From Actinomycetota bacterium (GTDB lineage Bacteria > Actinomycetota > UBA4738 > HRBIN12), in contig JAXDJX010000019.1 in NCBI GenBank assembly GCA_034667405.1, forward strand, positions 1,620 to 65,619: a DNA stretch of 64,000 nucleotides, written 5' to 3'. A program made the translations under genes and the position numbers. This document shows positions 1 to 9,351 of the stretch, in pieces. The notes beneath the pieces are model-generated. The model ran no database searches. It saw only the letters and a program-made list of their open reading frames with translations, and had not been told where the DNA came from. Positions within the stretch are counted from its first letter, which is position 1; each line of letters begins with the position of its first letter.

Positions 1-1059
1 ATGACAGCGTTCGAACGCCATCTGCTGACTGATCTTGCCGGTCTTCACGAGCGCGGACAGGGACATGTCCATGGTCTGCATGCCGTACCGCCCACCGGCC
101 TGCATGGCCGAGTAGATCTGGTGCACCTTTCCTTCCCGGATTAGGTTCCGGATGGCAGGCGTAGCGATCATGATCTCGACCGCGACCGCACGGCCTTGCC
201 CGTCCGAGGTGGGGATGAGCTGCTGCGTGACCACGCCTTGGAGCGTGGTGGCCAGCTGGACGCGCACCTGCTGCTGCTGGTGAGGTGGGAACACGTCGAT
301 GATCCGGTCGATGGTCTGCGGTGCATCCTGGGTGTGCAAGGTCGCGAAGACCAAGTGACCGGTTTCTGCCGCGGTGATGGCGGTACCGATGGTCTCGAGG
401 TCTCGCATCTCACCGACCAGGATGACGTCGGGGTCCTGACGCAAGACGTGCTTCAGAGCTTGACCGAACCCGTGGGTGTCGGCACCGATCTCACGCTGGT
501 TCACGATGCAGCTCTTGTGCCGATGGAGGAACTCGATCGGGTCCTCGACCGTCATGATATGGCCGGCCCGTTCGGTATTCACGACGTCCACCATGGATGC
601 GAGGGTCGTCGACTTTCCGGACCCCGTAGGACCCGTGACCACGATGAACCCTCGCGGGAACCTCGCGAGGTCCGCGACCACTGGAGGAAGCTGGAGGTCT
701 TCGATGTTCTTGATCTCGTAGGGGATCACGCGGAACGCCGCACCGATGGAGTCTCGCTGGAAGTAGACGTTCACCCTGAATCGAGCTTTCCCGGGCAACG
801 AGTACGACATGTCGAGCTCGAGTTCCTGTTCGAAGCGCTCTCGCATCTTCTGCGGGAGGATCGCGTAGATCATGGTCTGGATGGACCGCGGCGTGAGCGG
901 GGGATATCCCTCGATCGGCTGGAGATCTCCGTGGAGCCGAACCGTTGGAGGCGCACCAGCCGTCACGTGCAGGTCCGAGCCGCCGATCTCCAACAACCTG
1001 GTCAGGAGTTCGGGGATAGGGATCTGGATATCGTCTTCTTGCTGAACAACGGTACTCAT
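1..1059 (-). CDS. pilT: Type IV pilus retraction ATPase PilT (twitching motility), C-terminal part truncated by window edge
   Basis: Reverse-strand translation from ATG at ~1057-1059 gives MSTVVQQEDDIQIPIPELLTRLLEIGGSDLHVTAG...GPTGSGKSTTLASMVD...REIGADTHGF...VGEMRDLETI, a classic PilT/PilU hexameric ATPase with Walker A and the Asp/His boxes. It is missing from the ORF track only because it runs off position 1. Its start abuts the pilB stop (TCA at 1061-1063). Confidence 0.85.
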   Translation of the reverse strand, partial: MSTVVQQEDDIQIPIPELLTRLLEIGGSDLHVTAGAPPTVRLHGDLQPIEGYPPLTPRSIQTMIYAILPQKMRERFEQELELDMSYSLPGKARFRVNVYFQRDSIGAAFRVIPYEIKNIEDLQLPPVVADLARFPRGFIVVTGPTGSGKSTTLASMVDVVNTERAGHIMTVEDPIEFLHRHKSCIVNQREIGADTHGFGQALKHVLRQDPDVILVGEMRDLETIGTAITAAETGHLVFATLHTQDAPQTIDRIIDVFPPHQQQQVRVQLATTLQGVVTQQLIPTSDGQGRAVAVEIMIATPAIRNLIREGKVHQIYSAMQAGGRYGMQTMDMSLSALVKTGKISQQMAFERCH

Positions 1060-1060
1060 C

Positions 1061-2743
1061 TCACTTCACCACCCTTGCGACCTCTTCGATGGAGGTAAGC
1101 CCCATCCGGGTCTTCTCGAGTCCGTCATCCCGCAGCGTCATCATCCCCTGCTGGATCGAGACAGCTTTGATCTGATCGGCGGAGGCCCGCTCGACCGTCA
1201 ATCGTTCGATCTCTTCACTCATCTGCATAACCTCATAGAGCCCGATGCGCCCGCGGTAGCCGGTGTTCGAACAGGCCGAGCATCCCGCGGGTCGGAACAA
1301 TTCCTTGATCTCGCTCCAGAGCCACTCGGGATAGCCGGCGAGCTGAAGTTGGGATTCCTCCGGGACGTAGGCCTCTTTGCAACGAACGCAGAGCTTTCGG
1401 GCGAGTCGCTGGGCGACCACACAGTCGATAGCCGAGGCAACGAGGAAGGTCTCCACGTCCATCTCGACGAGCCGGCTGATGGCGCTGGCGGAGTCGTTCG
1501 TGTGCAGGGACGACAGGACGAGGTGGCCGGTCAGGGCCGCTTCGATGGCGATGGTGGCCGTCTCTTTGTCCCGGATCTCACCGATGAGGACGATGTCGGG
1601 GTCGGCTCGCAGGATCGATCGCAAGGCACTGGCGAAGGTCAGGCCGGCCTTCGGGTTCACCTGCATCTGGTTGACGCCTGCGAGGCGGTACTCCACCGGG
1701 TCTTCGACGGTGATGATGTTCTTGTCTTCCTCGTTCAAGATGTTGAGGGTCGCGTACATCGACGTGGACTTGCCCGAACCCGTCGGTCCCGTCACCAGCA
1801 ATGCGCCGTAGGGCTTGCGGAAGGAGGTCTCGAAGCGCTTGTAGGCGTCTTCCATGAACCCGAGGTCTTCAAGGCGCAGGAGCGCGTTGGACTTGTCGAG
1901 GACTCGGATGACGACCTTCTCGCCGAACACCGTCGGCAGGGTCGCGACGCGGAGGTCGAGCTGCTTCCCGCCCACCCGCATGCTGATCCTGCCGTCTTGG
2001 GGAACGCGCTTCTCGGCGATGTTGAGGTCCGCCATGACCTTCAGCCGGCTGATGAGTCCGCCTTGGATGTTCTTCGGGCTGTGCATGACCTCGTGGAGCA
2101 CTCCGTCCACCCGGAATCGCACGCGGACGTCCTTCTCGGTGGGTTCGATGTGCACGTCGGAGGCACGGTCTCCGACTGCCTGGGTCATGATCGCCTGGAC
2201 CAGTTTGACGATCGGGGCTTCCTCAACGGCCGCCTCGATCTGAACGTCTGTGTCATCGGCCTGGTCGGCGGCTGCGGCGGAGAGCGCCTCGACCTGCCCG
2301 TCCATCCCGGAGAACTTCTGGATGGCCTGCTCGACATCGGCCGCGGTGGCGACCACGGGTTGCACGTCGCGGCCGGTGATTGTCCTGATGTCGTCCAACG
2401 CGTACACGTTCGCCGGGTCCGACATGGCGACCAAGAGCTTGCCGTCGCGATCGCCGATGGGGATGGCTCGATACCGACGTGCGAGCGCTTCGGGGAGCAG
2501 GGTGGTCGAACTGGGGTCGACTTGGAACTCGGACAGATCGACGAATTCGAGCCCGACCTGTTCGGCCAGAGCCCTGACCAGGTCCGTCTCCTTGATGAGG
2601 CCGAGGTCGATCAGGACGCGGCCGAGAGACTTCGGGGTCTTCCGATGCTCCTCCAGAGCTTGCTGGAGTTGCTCAGGGGTGATGAGCCCCTGTTCGATCA
2701 GGATCTGTCCGAGCTGCTTGGCCTTCCGTTTGACGGTTGTCAT
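1061..2743 (-). CDS. pilB: Type IV pilus assembly ATPase PilB / GspE family secretion ATPase
   Basis: 560 aa. Three N-terminal GSPII_E-N repeats (LGQILIEQGLITPEQLQQAL, LGRVLIDLGLIKETDL). C-terminal ATPase with Walker A GPTGSGKST and a CxxC...CxxC tetracysteine (CVRCK...CSACSNTGYRGR). Immediately upstream of pilT. Confidence 0.9.
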   Translation of the reverse strand: MTTVKRKAKQLGQILIEQGLITPEQLQQALEEHRKTPKSLGRVLIDLGLIKETDLVRALAEQVGLEFVDLSEFQVDPSSTTLLPEALARRYRAIPIGDRDGKLLVAMSDPANVYALDDIRTITGRDVQPVVATAADVEQAIQKFSGMDGQVEALSAAAADQADDTDVQIEAAVEEAPIVKLVQAIMTQAVGDRASDVHIEPTEKDVRVRFRVDGVLHEVMHSPKNIQGGLISRLKVMADLNIAEKRVPQDGRISMRVGGKQLDLRVATLPTVFGEKVVIRVLDKSNALLRLEDLGFMEDAYKRFETSFRKPYGALLVTGPTGSGKSTSMYATLNILNEEDKNIITVEDPVEYRLAGVNQMQVNPKAGLTFASALRSILRADPDIVLIGEIRDKETATIAIEAALTGHLVLSSLHTNDSASAISRLVEMDVETFLVASAIDCVVAQRLARKLCVRCKEAYVPEESQLQLAGYPEWLWSEIKELFRPAGCSACSNTGYRGRIGLYEVMQMSEEIERLTVERASADQIKAVSIQQGMMTLRDDGLEKTRMGLTSIEEVARVVK

Positions 2744-2785
2744 ATGCGCCCCATGAAGTCCATCCGGTGTAGGTCGTCAGAAGAT

Positions 2786-3523
2786 TCATTCGTCATCGTC
2801 GCCATCCATCTGAAGCAATCCCGAGAACTCTTTGGCGAGAAGCACCCGATCTACCTCGCCTTCGTCCTCGTCGGTGTCGATGCCCGCGGAACCGGCGAGC
2901 TTCTGCGGCTCCCTGCTCATGGCGGTCAGCGGTTGCTTCGGTTGCTCGGGCTCCTTCTGCTCCTCCGGCTCCGTCGGTTCCGGCGCCTCGATCATCGCCG
3001 GCGCGCTATCGCCCGGCGTCTCTGCGGGTTCGGTCCCCCCCGGCGAGGATGCCGTGCGCCCGCCCGGCCAGTTGCGTTCGACACCGGCGTTGACGTCGAC
3101 CTTCTCCTCCGCCGCAGCGGGGTGCAGGGTCGTCCTCGGCTTGCCGGAGGGGGCGGCGCCCAGCTCCGGGAGCTTCAGCGGTTCTCGTTTCGTGCGAGCC
3201 TCTTCGGCCGCGAGGAGCCCCTGCTCCATCATGTCCAGCAGGACCCCCGGGCGTACCGAGGTACCGGCGACGGCGAAGGATGAGTAGGCGCCCCGATGAC
3301 AGAAGACCCAGATCTGATCTGCGAACTCGACGAAGGAGCGTTCCGCATCGCCGAGCGCGGCGAAGCGCAGCCAGGCCGGCTTCGCTTGCATCTCGTCGTC
3401 CTCGGGGTAGGAGCCGAGGACCAGCCCGTCCCGGGACAAGATGAGACAGCTGCGAACATCGCCGACGCTGACCGCGACACGCTGAGCGAGCGCGGAATAG
3501 TCATCCATCTGTGTCTGTGGCAT
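2786..3523 (-). CDS. Roadblock/LC7 (MglB-like) domain protein with about 125-aa acidic/proline-rich disordered C-terminal tail
   Basis: N-terminal ~115 aa (LAQRVAVSVGDVRSCLILSRDGLVLGSYPEDDE...SSFAVAGTSVRPGVLLDMMEQ) has the roadblock/LC7 pattern. The remainder is low-complexity PE/TE-rich and ends in MDGDDDE. Only 43 bp upstream of pilB on the same strand. Assignment is by pattern recognition only. Confidence 0.5.
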   Translation of the reverse strand: MPQTQMDDYSALAQRVAVSVGDVRSCLILSRDGLVLGSYPEDDEMQAKPAWLRFAALGDAERSFVEFADQIWVFCHRGAYSSFAVAGTSVRPGVLLDMMEQGLLAAEEARTKREPLKLPELGAAPSGKPRTTLHPAAAEEKVDVNAGVERNWPGGRTASSPGGTEPAETPGDSAPAMIEAPEPTEPEEQKEPEQPKQPLTAMSREPQKLAGSAGIDTDEDEGEVDRVLLAKEFSGLLQMDGDDDE

Positions 3524-3574
3524 CGGCGGCCGGCACTCAAGCCTTGAATCGTTCGCTCGAGGGTGACGAACCGT

Positions 3575-4405
3575 CTAGAGGGCTGGGTCGTTCATCGCAG
3601 CGAGTGCGGCGGCCGACATCACATCCAGGGGCGCCGGACGCCCCGACCAGATCTCGAATGCGAGCGCCGCCTGGTGCAACAACAGCCCGACTCCCCCGAA
3701 CGCCGCCGCCCCCGCGGCCCTGGCGTTCGTCTGCAGCGGGGTGACTGCCGGGTGGTACTTGAGATCGACCACCATCATGCCCGGGGCATACGCGGGCTCG
3801 GGGGGTATCCCAACACCGTCGAAGCCGATCGGCGTGGCGTCGATGACCAGGTCGCCGTGCCACCCGGCTGCGTCGTCGAACGCGATGACATCAACGGGGG
3901 TTCCCAAGCCCTCGAGCGTTCCTTGGAGGCCCAGGGCCCGGGTGTGCTCCCGTACCGCAACGCTGATCCGGGACGCGCCGCCTTGTGCGAGGGCGAGCGC
4001 GCAGGCTCGAGCGGCTCCGCCGGCACCATAGATGAGCGCTGTCACCCCACGCGGGTCAAGGCCGGCATCCTGTCGGAGGAACCCGTCGAAGCCCGGTGCG
4101 TCGGTGTTGTGGCCGATCAGGTCGTCGCCTTGGATCTCGATCGTGTTGACGGCGTGCAAGCGGGCAGCCTCATCCGTGAGTCGAGCCGACAAGAGATCCG
4201 CGATCTCTGTCTTGTGGGGCATGGTGACGTTCGCTCCGGCAAGTCCCAGTGCGGTGATGGCGGCCACGGCCCTCCCGACGCTGCCGGGGGGCACCGGCAA
4301 AGGGACGTAGACCCAGTCCATCTCCAGTGCATCGAACGCGGCGTTGTGTATCGCCGGCGACAACGAGTGGGCGACGGGCCAGCCGATGATGCCGGCCACG
4401 CGGGT
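3575..4405 (-). CDS. aroE: Shikimate 5-dehydrogenase AroE
   Basis: Conserved N-terminus VAGIIGWPVAHSLSPAIHNAAF plus NVTMPHK and the GAGGAARA NADP-binding loop. The ORF-track 5-prime extension (MGCRPALS...) overlaps mltG and was rejected. Start set near 4405, approximate. Confidence 0.8.
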   Translation of the reverse strand, partial: TRVAGIIGWPVAHSLSPAIHNAAFDALEMDWVYVPLPVPPGSVGRAVAAITALGLAGANVTMPHKTEIADLLSARLTDEAARLHAVNTIEIQGDDLIGHNTDAPGFDGFLRQDAGLDPRGVTALIYGAGGAARACALALAQGGASRISVAVREHTRALGLQGTLEGLGTPVDVIAFDDAAGWHGDLVIDATPIGFDGVGIPPEPAYAPGMMVVDLKYHPAVTPLQTNARAAGAAAFGGVGLLLHQAALAFEIWSGRPAPLDVMSAAALAAMNDPAL

Positions 4406-4421
4406 GGCTCCCGACAGTCGC

Positions 4422-5501
4422 CTATCCAAGACAGGTCTTGTCCTGAAGGAAGGTGTTGTAATCGGTGCTGAAGCGCAGGCGCGCCTCCCCCGGGCATTGC
4501 AGGAAGTATCTGAAGGGCGAAGTCGCCGGACTGAGGGCCGCCAACAGCGACTCTTTGCTCGGACTCGCGATAGGGCCGGGCGGCAACCCACGATTCAGCC
4601 GGGTGTTGTAGGGACTGTCGATGGCGAAGTCACTCGTGGTCAGCCCATCCGAAGGGTTCGGGTCGATGTAGGCGACGGTCGTATCGAACCCAAGCGTCAT
4701 GTGCAATCTCAGACGGTTGTAGATAACGGCGGCGACCAGCTTGCGGTCGGCCGGATGCACCACCTCCTTCTCGATCATGGAAGCGACAACGACAGCCTGA
4801 TACGGGGTGATGCCGAGCCGGCTCGTGTTCTCCCACGGGAAGGAGGCGGTATCGCTCTTGAACTGGTCCAGCAACCGCTGGATCACGGTCGCCGACGTCA
4901 AGTCCTTGCGCTGGAACTCATACGTCTGCGGCCACAGGAAGCCCTCGATGCTCTTGCCTGCGGGCAGGTAAGGAGGCAAGGAGTACTTCCCACTCATCAC
5001 CGCCGTCATGAAGATTTTCTGTGGGATCCCAAGGTCCTGCTGCACCGCCAGGGCGATCCGAGTGGCACGCCAGCCGGGGATGACCGTCAGATCGACGGTC
5101 GGAGAGGCGACCGGAGTCGCAACGGGCGGCGTGCTCAGGATCTTCACCGCGTCGGCCATCGTCATGTTCGTGGTCAGGTCGAACGAGCCGGCACGGATCT
5201 CGCTCGCCTTCCCGGTCCCCTCCAGGAGCGTCCGACCCACGAACCCTCCGCAGCCGACGACCCCTTTGTCGTGGAGGAGATCGACGGTCTGGCTGCCCGA
5301 CGCGCCCGAGGGGATGACCACGGTGACGTTCGTCTTCGGTCCGTCGGGAGCCTTGCAGTGCGCGTAGTAGCGGACACCGCCCAACGCGATCCCCGTGACT
5401 GCCAGGAAGAACACCAACAACGCGATGAGGGCTTTTCGATGAGGATGCTCGTCGCGGGGGCGACTGGGTGCTGTGGGCTCGGCGACCTGGGCTCCTGGCA
5501 T
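4422..5501 (-). CDS. mltG: Endolytic murein transglycosylase MltG (YceG family)
   Basis: 359 aa with N-terminal TM helix (LIALLVFFLAVTGIALGG) and a YceG-like domain (GFLWPQTYEF...SMIEKEV). Conserved alaS-ruvX-mltG-aroE synteny of actinobacteria. Confidence 0.85.
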   Translation of the reverse strand: MPGAQVAEPTAPSRPRDEHPHRKALIALLVFFLAVTGIALGGVRYYAHCKAPDGPKTNVTVVIPSGASGSQTVDLLHDKGVVGCGGFVGRTLLEGTGKASEIRAGSFDLTTNMTMADAVKILSTPPVATPVASPTVDLTVIPGWRATRIALAVQQDLGIPQKIFMTAVMSGKYSLPPYLPAGKSIEGFLWPQTYEFQRKDLTSATVIQRLLDQFKSDTASFPWENTSRLGITPYQAVVVASMIEKEVVHPADRKLVAAVIYNRLRLHMTLGFDTTVAYIDPNPSDGLTTSDFAIDSPYNTRLNRGLPPGPIASPSKESLLAALSPATSPFRYFLQCPGEARLRFSTDYNTFLQDKTCLG

Positions 5502-5545
5502 CGAGCACCGAGGATAGCGGCCGATCCCCGGAGGCGACCGACCCG

Positions 5546-5974
5546 CTAGTGGCCGGTGTGTCGGTCGAGCCAGGCCTGAAGGATGAGTGTGGCCGCCGTC
5601 TGATCGACGGTCTTTCGGCGTTGCCTCCCAACGACACCGGCTCCGCGCAGCAATCGTTCGGCCTCCACCGTGGACAGGCGTTCGTCCTGGAAGTCGATCG
5701 GCACGTCGAGGAAGCCCTCAAGAGCGCCGGCGAACGCCCGTGCATGGCCCGCGCGTGGCCCCTCCTTGCCGGACAATTCGCGGGGAAGTCCGACCACCAC
5801 GACCGAGATCTGATCTTCGATGACCATGGCGGCGATCGCTTTCAGTTCGCCGGGGGGCTGCCCCACATGGACGGTGCCGAACGGCACCGCGACCCGGCGA
5901 TCCGGATCGCTGATGGCCACCCCGATCCGCGCATCGCCGGGGTCCAGTCCCAGGACCCTCCCGAGCTCAGGCAC
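5546..5974 (-). CDS. ruvX: Holliday junction resolvase-like pre-16S rRNA nuclease RuvX/YqgF
   Basis: 142 aa, RNase H-like fold motif RVLGLDPGDARIGVAISD. Overlaps the alaS stop by about 8 nt. Confidence 0.85.
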   Translation of the reverse strand: MPELGRVLGLDPGDARIGVAISDPDRRVAVPFGTVHVGQPPGELKAIAAMVIEDQISVVVVGLPRELSGKEGPRAGHARAFAGALEGFLDVPIDFQDERLSTVEAERLLRGAGVVGRQRRKTVDQTAATLILQAWLDRHTGH

Positions 5975-8603
5975 CGCCGATGAGGATCTGCTTCAGTCTC
6001 CCCGGGATAGCGGCGAGAGCAGCCGGCACCTGATCGGGGTGCTTCCCACCCGCGTTGGCGAGGATGTCTTTCCCGCCGGCCCCGCCGCCGACCAACGCCG
6101 CAGCATCGCGGAGCAGCTCAGGAGCCGTGACGCCCCGCTCCACAGCACCTGCGGTGCAAGCCGAAACGAGTTGCGCCTTGCCGTTCTCGCCGTTCCCGAG
6201 CACTACGGCTGCGGGCTGGGAGGCGAGTTTGTCCCGGAGCTTCTGCGCCAGATCGCGGAGACCTCCCATGTCTTCTCCGGGAACTTCAGCGACGACCAGG
6301 ACGACGCCATCAACTGTGTCCGCCGTCTCCGCGAGGGAGGAGAGCAGCGTGTCGCGATCGCCGGCGCGGAGCGCGCCGAGTTCGTTCTTGAGGCGTTTGT
6401 TCTCCTCGAGCACCCGTCGCGCGTGGTCGAGGGCGCTGCGCGGGTCCTTCGACCCCAACGCCTTCACCAGCCCGTCAAGTAGCGCCCGCTCGGCGTTGAT
6501 CTCCCGCAGCGCGTCGGGACCGACCAAGGCCTCCACTCGTCGCATACCGGCACCGATCGATCCCTCGTGAAGGATCTTCACGATAGCGATGTTCCCGGTC
6601 CGTTGGACGTGCGTGCCACCGCAGAGTTCGCGCGAATAGTCGCCGACCTCCACGACGCGAACCACATCTCCGTACTTCTCACCGAAGAGTGCGGTGGCTC
6701 CAAGCGCTTTGGCTTCGGCCATCGACGTCTCGAAGATGGTGATCGCATCATCGCTGGCCAGACGCCGGTTGGCCTCGAGTTCCACCTCGTCGAGGACATC
6801 TTGGGGGACGGCGCTCGGATGCGGGAAATCGAACCGGAGCCGCCCCGGCGCGACCAACGAGCCCGCTTGGCGGGCGTGTTCGCCGAGCAGGTGCTTCATG
6901 GTCCAGTGGACGATATGCGTGCTGGTGTGGGCACGCGCGGTGGCCTCGCGCCGCGAGACGTCGACCTCGGCGTGCGCCTCCTGGTCGGCCCGAACCTCTC
7001 CGGCCTCCACCGTGCCCAGGTGCATGATCGAGTGGTCACCGATCCTCTGCGTGTCGGTGACCTGGATCACGCCCGTTGTGGTTCGGATCCGGCCGTGGTC
7101 CCCCACCTGGCCGCCGCCTTCCGGATAGAACGGCGTGACGTCCAAGAAGAGCCGCACCGCCTGGCCCTCCTCTACCGCGGATAGCTCACGGAAATCGGGA
7201 TCCAGCAAGGCACCGATCTTGCTCTCGGCCTCCAGTTGGCCGTATCCCACGAACTCCGCCGCAGGCGCGGCGCCGGCATCCAACCCGATGGGGACCTTCT
7301 TCGCACTGCCGCGGGCCCGTTCGCGCTGTTCGTGCATGAGCGCCGTGAATCGGTCCATATCGACGGTCCGACCGGCCTCCGCGACGAGTTCCTCCGTGAG
7401 CTGGGGCGGGAAGCCGAACGTGTCGAACAGTTTGAACGTTTCCTCGCCCGGGAACGTCCCTCCCGCAGGGGTGGTTCCGAGTGCGCGTTCGAAGAGCTGC
7501 ATCCCTTGGCGCAGCGTCCCGCCGAACCGTTCCTCCTCTCCCCCGACCACCTGGAGGATGAACGCGCGGTTCTCGACCAGCTCCGGGTAGGCGTGCCCCA
7601 TGAGTTCGACCGTTCGGTCGACGAGTGGTTCCATCACGGGCTTGTCGATGCCGAGCCGACGGGCGTGTGTTACGACCCGACGGAGCATCCGGCGGAGGAT
7701 GTAGCCGCGCCCTTCGTTCGATGGCTGAACGCCGTCCGCGATGAGGAACGACACGGAACGCCCGTGCTCGGCGATCACCTTGAGGGACACATCGTCGCGT
7801 GCGTCGGCGCCATGACGGCGACCCGACAAGTTTTCGACGACCTCGAAAAGTGGGCGGAAGATGTCGGTCTCGAAATAGTTGTCCTTGCCTTGCAGCACCG
7901 TCGCGACCCGCTCGAGGCTCGAACCGGTGTCGATGTTCTTCGCGGGAAGCTCTCGGATCACTTCCTCGTCGGCGTCGACCTCGTCTTGCATGAACACCAG
8001 GTTCCAGATCTCCATGAACCGTTCTTCGTCCACATCGGGGCCGCCCTCGGGCCCGTACCTCGCACCTCGATCCACGAAGATCTCCGAACATGGTCCGGCC
8101 GGACCGGCCGCGTGTGTCGACCAGAAATTCGCAGGCTCGCCGTGCTCGTCGAACTTCCCACGCCGGACGATCCGCTCCGTCGGCAGCCCCAACGCCCGCC
8201 ACGCTTCGGTGGCCTCCTCATCGGTCTCGAACACGGTGACCCACAGACGGCCCGGGTCGATGCCATACCCATCGGTGACGAGTTCGTGCGCCCACCCGAT
8301 GGCCTCTGCCTTGAAGTAGTCGCCGAAGGAGAAGTTCCCGAGCATCTCGAACATCGTCAGGTGGCGTGCCGTGTGACCGACGTTCTCGATGTCGTTGGCG
8401 CGGAAGCACTTCTGACAGGAGGTCGCGCGTACGAACGGGGCCGGCGCCTGGCCCAGGAAGTACGGGATGAACTGGTTCATGCCAGCGTTCGCGAGCAGGA
8501 GACCCGTCTCCGGTGGCGGGATCAGCGACGAACTCGGCACACGCTTGTGGCCACGCTCTTCGAAGAACGAAAGGAACGTCTCGCGGATCTGGTCACCGTT
8601 CAC
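5967..8603 (-). CDS. alaS: Alanine--tRNA ligase
   Basis: 878 aa. Class II core (FTNAGMNQF, motif 3), editing-domain HxxxH/CxxxH (HTSTHIVHW...CGGTH) and a C-terminal DHHA1 domain. Confidence 0.95.
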   Translation of the reverse strand: MNGDQIRETFLSFFEERGHKRVPSSSLIPPPETGLLLANAGMNQFIPYFLGQAPAPFVRATSCQKCFRANDIENVGHTARHLTMFEMLGNFSFGDYFKAEAIGWAHELVTDGYGIDPGRLWVTVFETDEEATEAWRALGLPTERIVRRGKFDEHGEPANFWSTHAAGPAGPCSEIFVDRGARYGPEGGPDVDEERFMEIWNLVFMQDEVDADEEVIRELPAKNIDTGSSLERVATVLQGKDNYFETDIFRPLFEVVENLSGRRHGADARDDVSLKVIAEHGRSVSFLIADGVQPSNEGRGYILRRMLRRVVTHARRLGIDKPVMEPLVDRTVELMGHAYPELVENRAFILQVVGGEEERFGGTLRQGMQLFERALGTTPAGGTFPGEETFKLFDTFGFPPQLTEELVAEAGRTVDMDRFTALMHEQRERARGSAKKVPIGLDAGAAPAAEFVGYGQLEAESKIGALLDPDFRELSAVEEGQAVRLFLDVTPFYPEGGGQVGDHGRIRTTTGVIQVTDTQRIGDHSIMHLGTVEAGEVRADQEAHAEVDVSRREATARAHTSTHIVHWTMKHLLGEHARQAGSLVAPGRLRFDFPHPSAVPQDVLDEVELEANRRLASDDAITIFETSMAEAKALGATALFGEKYGDVVRVVEVGDYSRELCGGTHVQRTGNIAIVKILHEGSIGAGMRRVEALVGPDALREINAERALLDGLVKALGSKDPRSALDHARRVLEENKRLKNELGALRAGDRDTLLSSLAETADTVDGVVLVVAEVPGEDMGGLRDLAQKLRDKLASQPAAVVLGNGENGKAQLVSACTAGAVERGVTAPELLRDAAALVGGGAGGKDILANAGGKHPDQVPAALAAIPGRLKQILIGGA

Positions 8604-8635
8604 GCGGGTGAGTTTAGCGTTCGCTCCGGGCGCCC

Positions 8636-8908
8636 TCAGGCGGCCGGGTCGTCCGAGGCGGGGGTGTTCGCGGGTGTGTGCCCGTTCAACTCGGCGCGGA
8701 GTTCCCGTTCGCGGGCATCCATGGCCTGCTTGCCTTCTTGGAGGGACTCCGAGACCAGGCGCGAGAGATCCAGGAGCCCACTCTTCGCCTCGCGGGCCAG
8801 GGTCTGTGGCGCAACACGGCGGGCCTGCTTCTTGGTCCAGCGAGACGCGATGACGGCGCCGGTGGCCCCGGCGCCAAGACCCAGCGCGACCCAGAACCCA
8901 CGTCGCAC
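8636..8908 (-). CDS. Small membrane-anchored coiled-coil protein (hypothetical)
   Basis: 90 aa. N-terminal hydrophobic helix (FWVALGLGAGATGAVIA) then a charged helical region. Sits between the DUF948 gene and alaS. No recognisable catalytic motif. Confidence 0.4.
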   Translation of the reverse strand: MRRGFWVALGLGAGATGAVIASRWTKKQARRVAPQTLAREAKSGLLDLSRLVSESLQEGKQAMDARERELRAELNGHTPANTPASDDPAA

Positions 8909-8909
8909 C

Positions 8910-9282
8910 CTAGGACTTCCCTTTGCCGGTCACCTTCGACATCACGCCTTTGACCCCCGCACCCAGCGAGATGATCTTCACCAGGGGGCTCGCCGCAGCT
9001 TGCTCCACCAGCCCGGAGAGCTTCTCGACCCGCTCGACCACGCTCCCTGCGGACTTCAGCATCCCGTCCACACGGTCCAGTTCGCGGTTCGTCTTCTCGA
9101 CGGAGGTGCGGACCTCCCGAAGGAGCGGCACCGTTTCCTTGCGCATCTCGTCGATCGTCATCTTGGTGCTCTCGAGTACTCGGGAGGTGTTGAACAGGAC
9201 GTAGCAGAGGAACACGACCAACAACCCCCAGAAGGCGGCCAGGACGATCAAGGCGGTGTCGCCGGCTGTCAGTGCAAGCATC
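8910..9282 (-). CDS. DUF948-family membrane protein (YtxG-like)
   Basis: Start taken at MLALTAGDTALIVLAAFWGLLVVFLCYVLF (TM helix), followed by a coiled-coil region typical of DUF948. The longer ORF-track start overlaps rarA and was rejected. Confidence 0.5.
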
Positions 9283-9351
9283 GTTCCCTCCGTGTTCGTG
9301 AACCCTCGTGAGGCTGGTCGTGAGCCTGCGTAGCCTACCCGACCCGGGGGT

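Noticed and set aside
1349-3283. 644-aa plus-strand ORF antisense to pilB and the roadblock gene
   Set aside because: Entirely antisense to a strongly conserved ATPase gene. Low-complexity Arg/Gly/Asp-rich translation typical of high-GC antisense frames. No motifs.
4918-5745. 275-aa minus-strand ORF overlapping mltG and ruvX in another frame
   Set aside because: Overlaps two conserved genes. Translation is Arg/Pro-rich with no motifs.
7236-9311. 691-aa plus-strand ORF antisense to alaS and the DUF948 genes
   Set aside because: Antisense to alaS. Arg/Pro-rich nonsense composition. Long open frames on the wrong strand are expected at about 68% GC.
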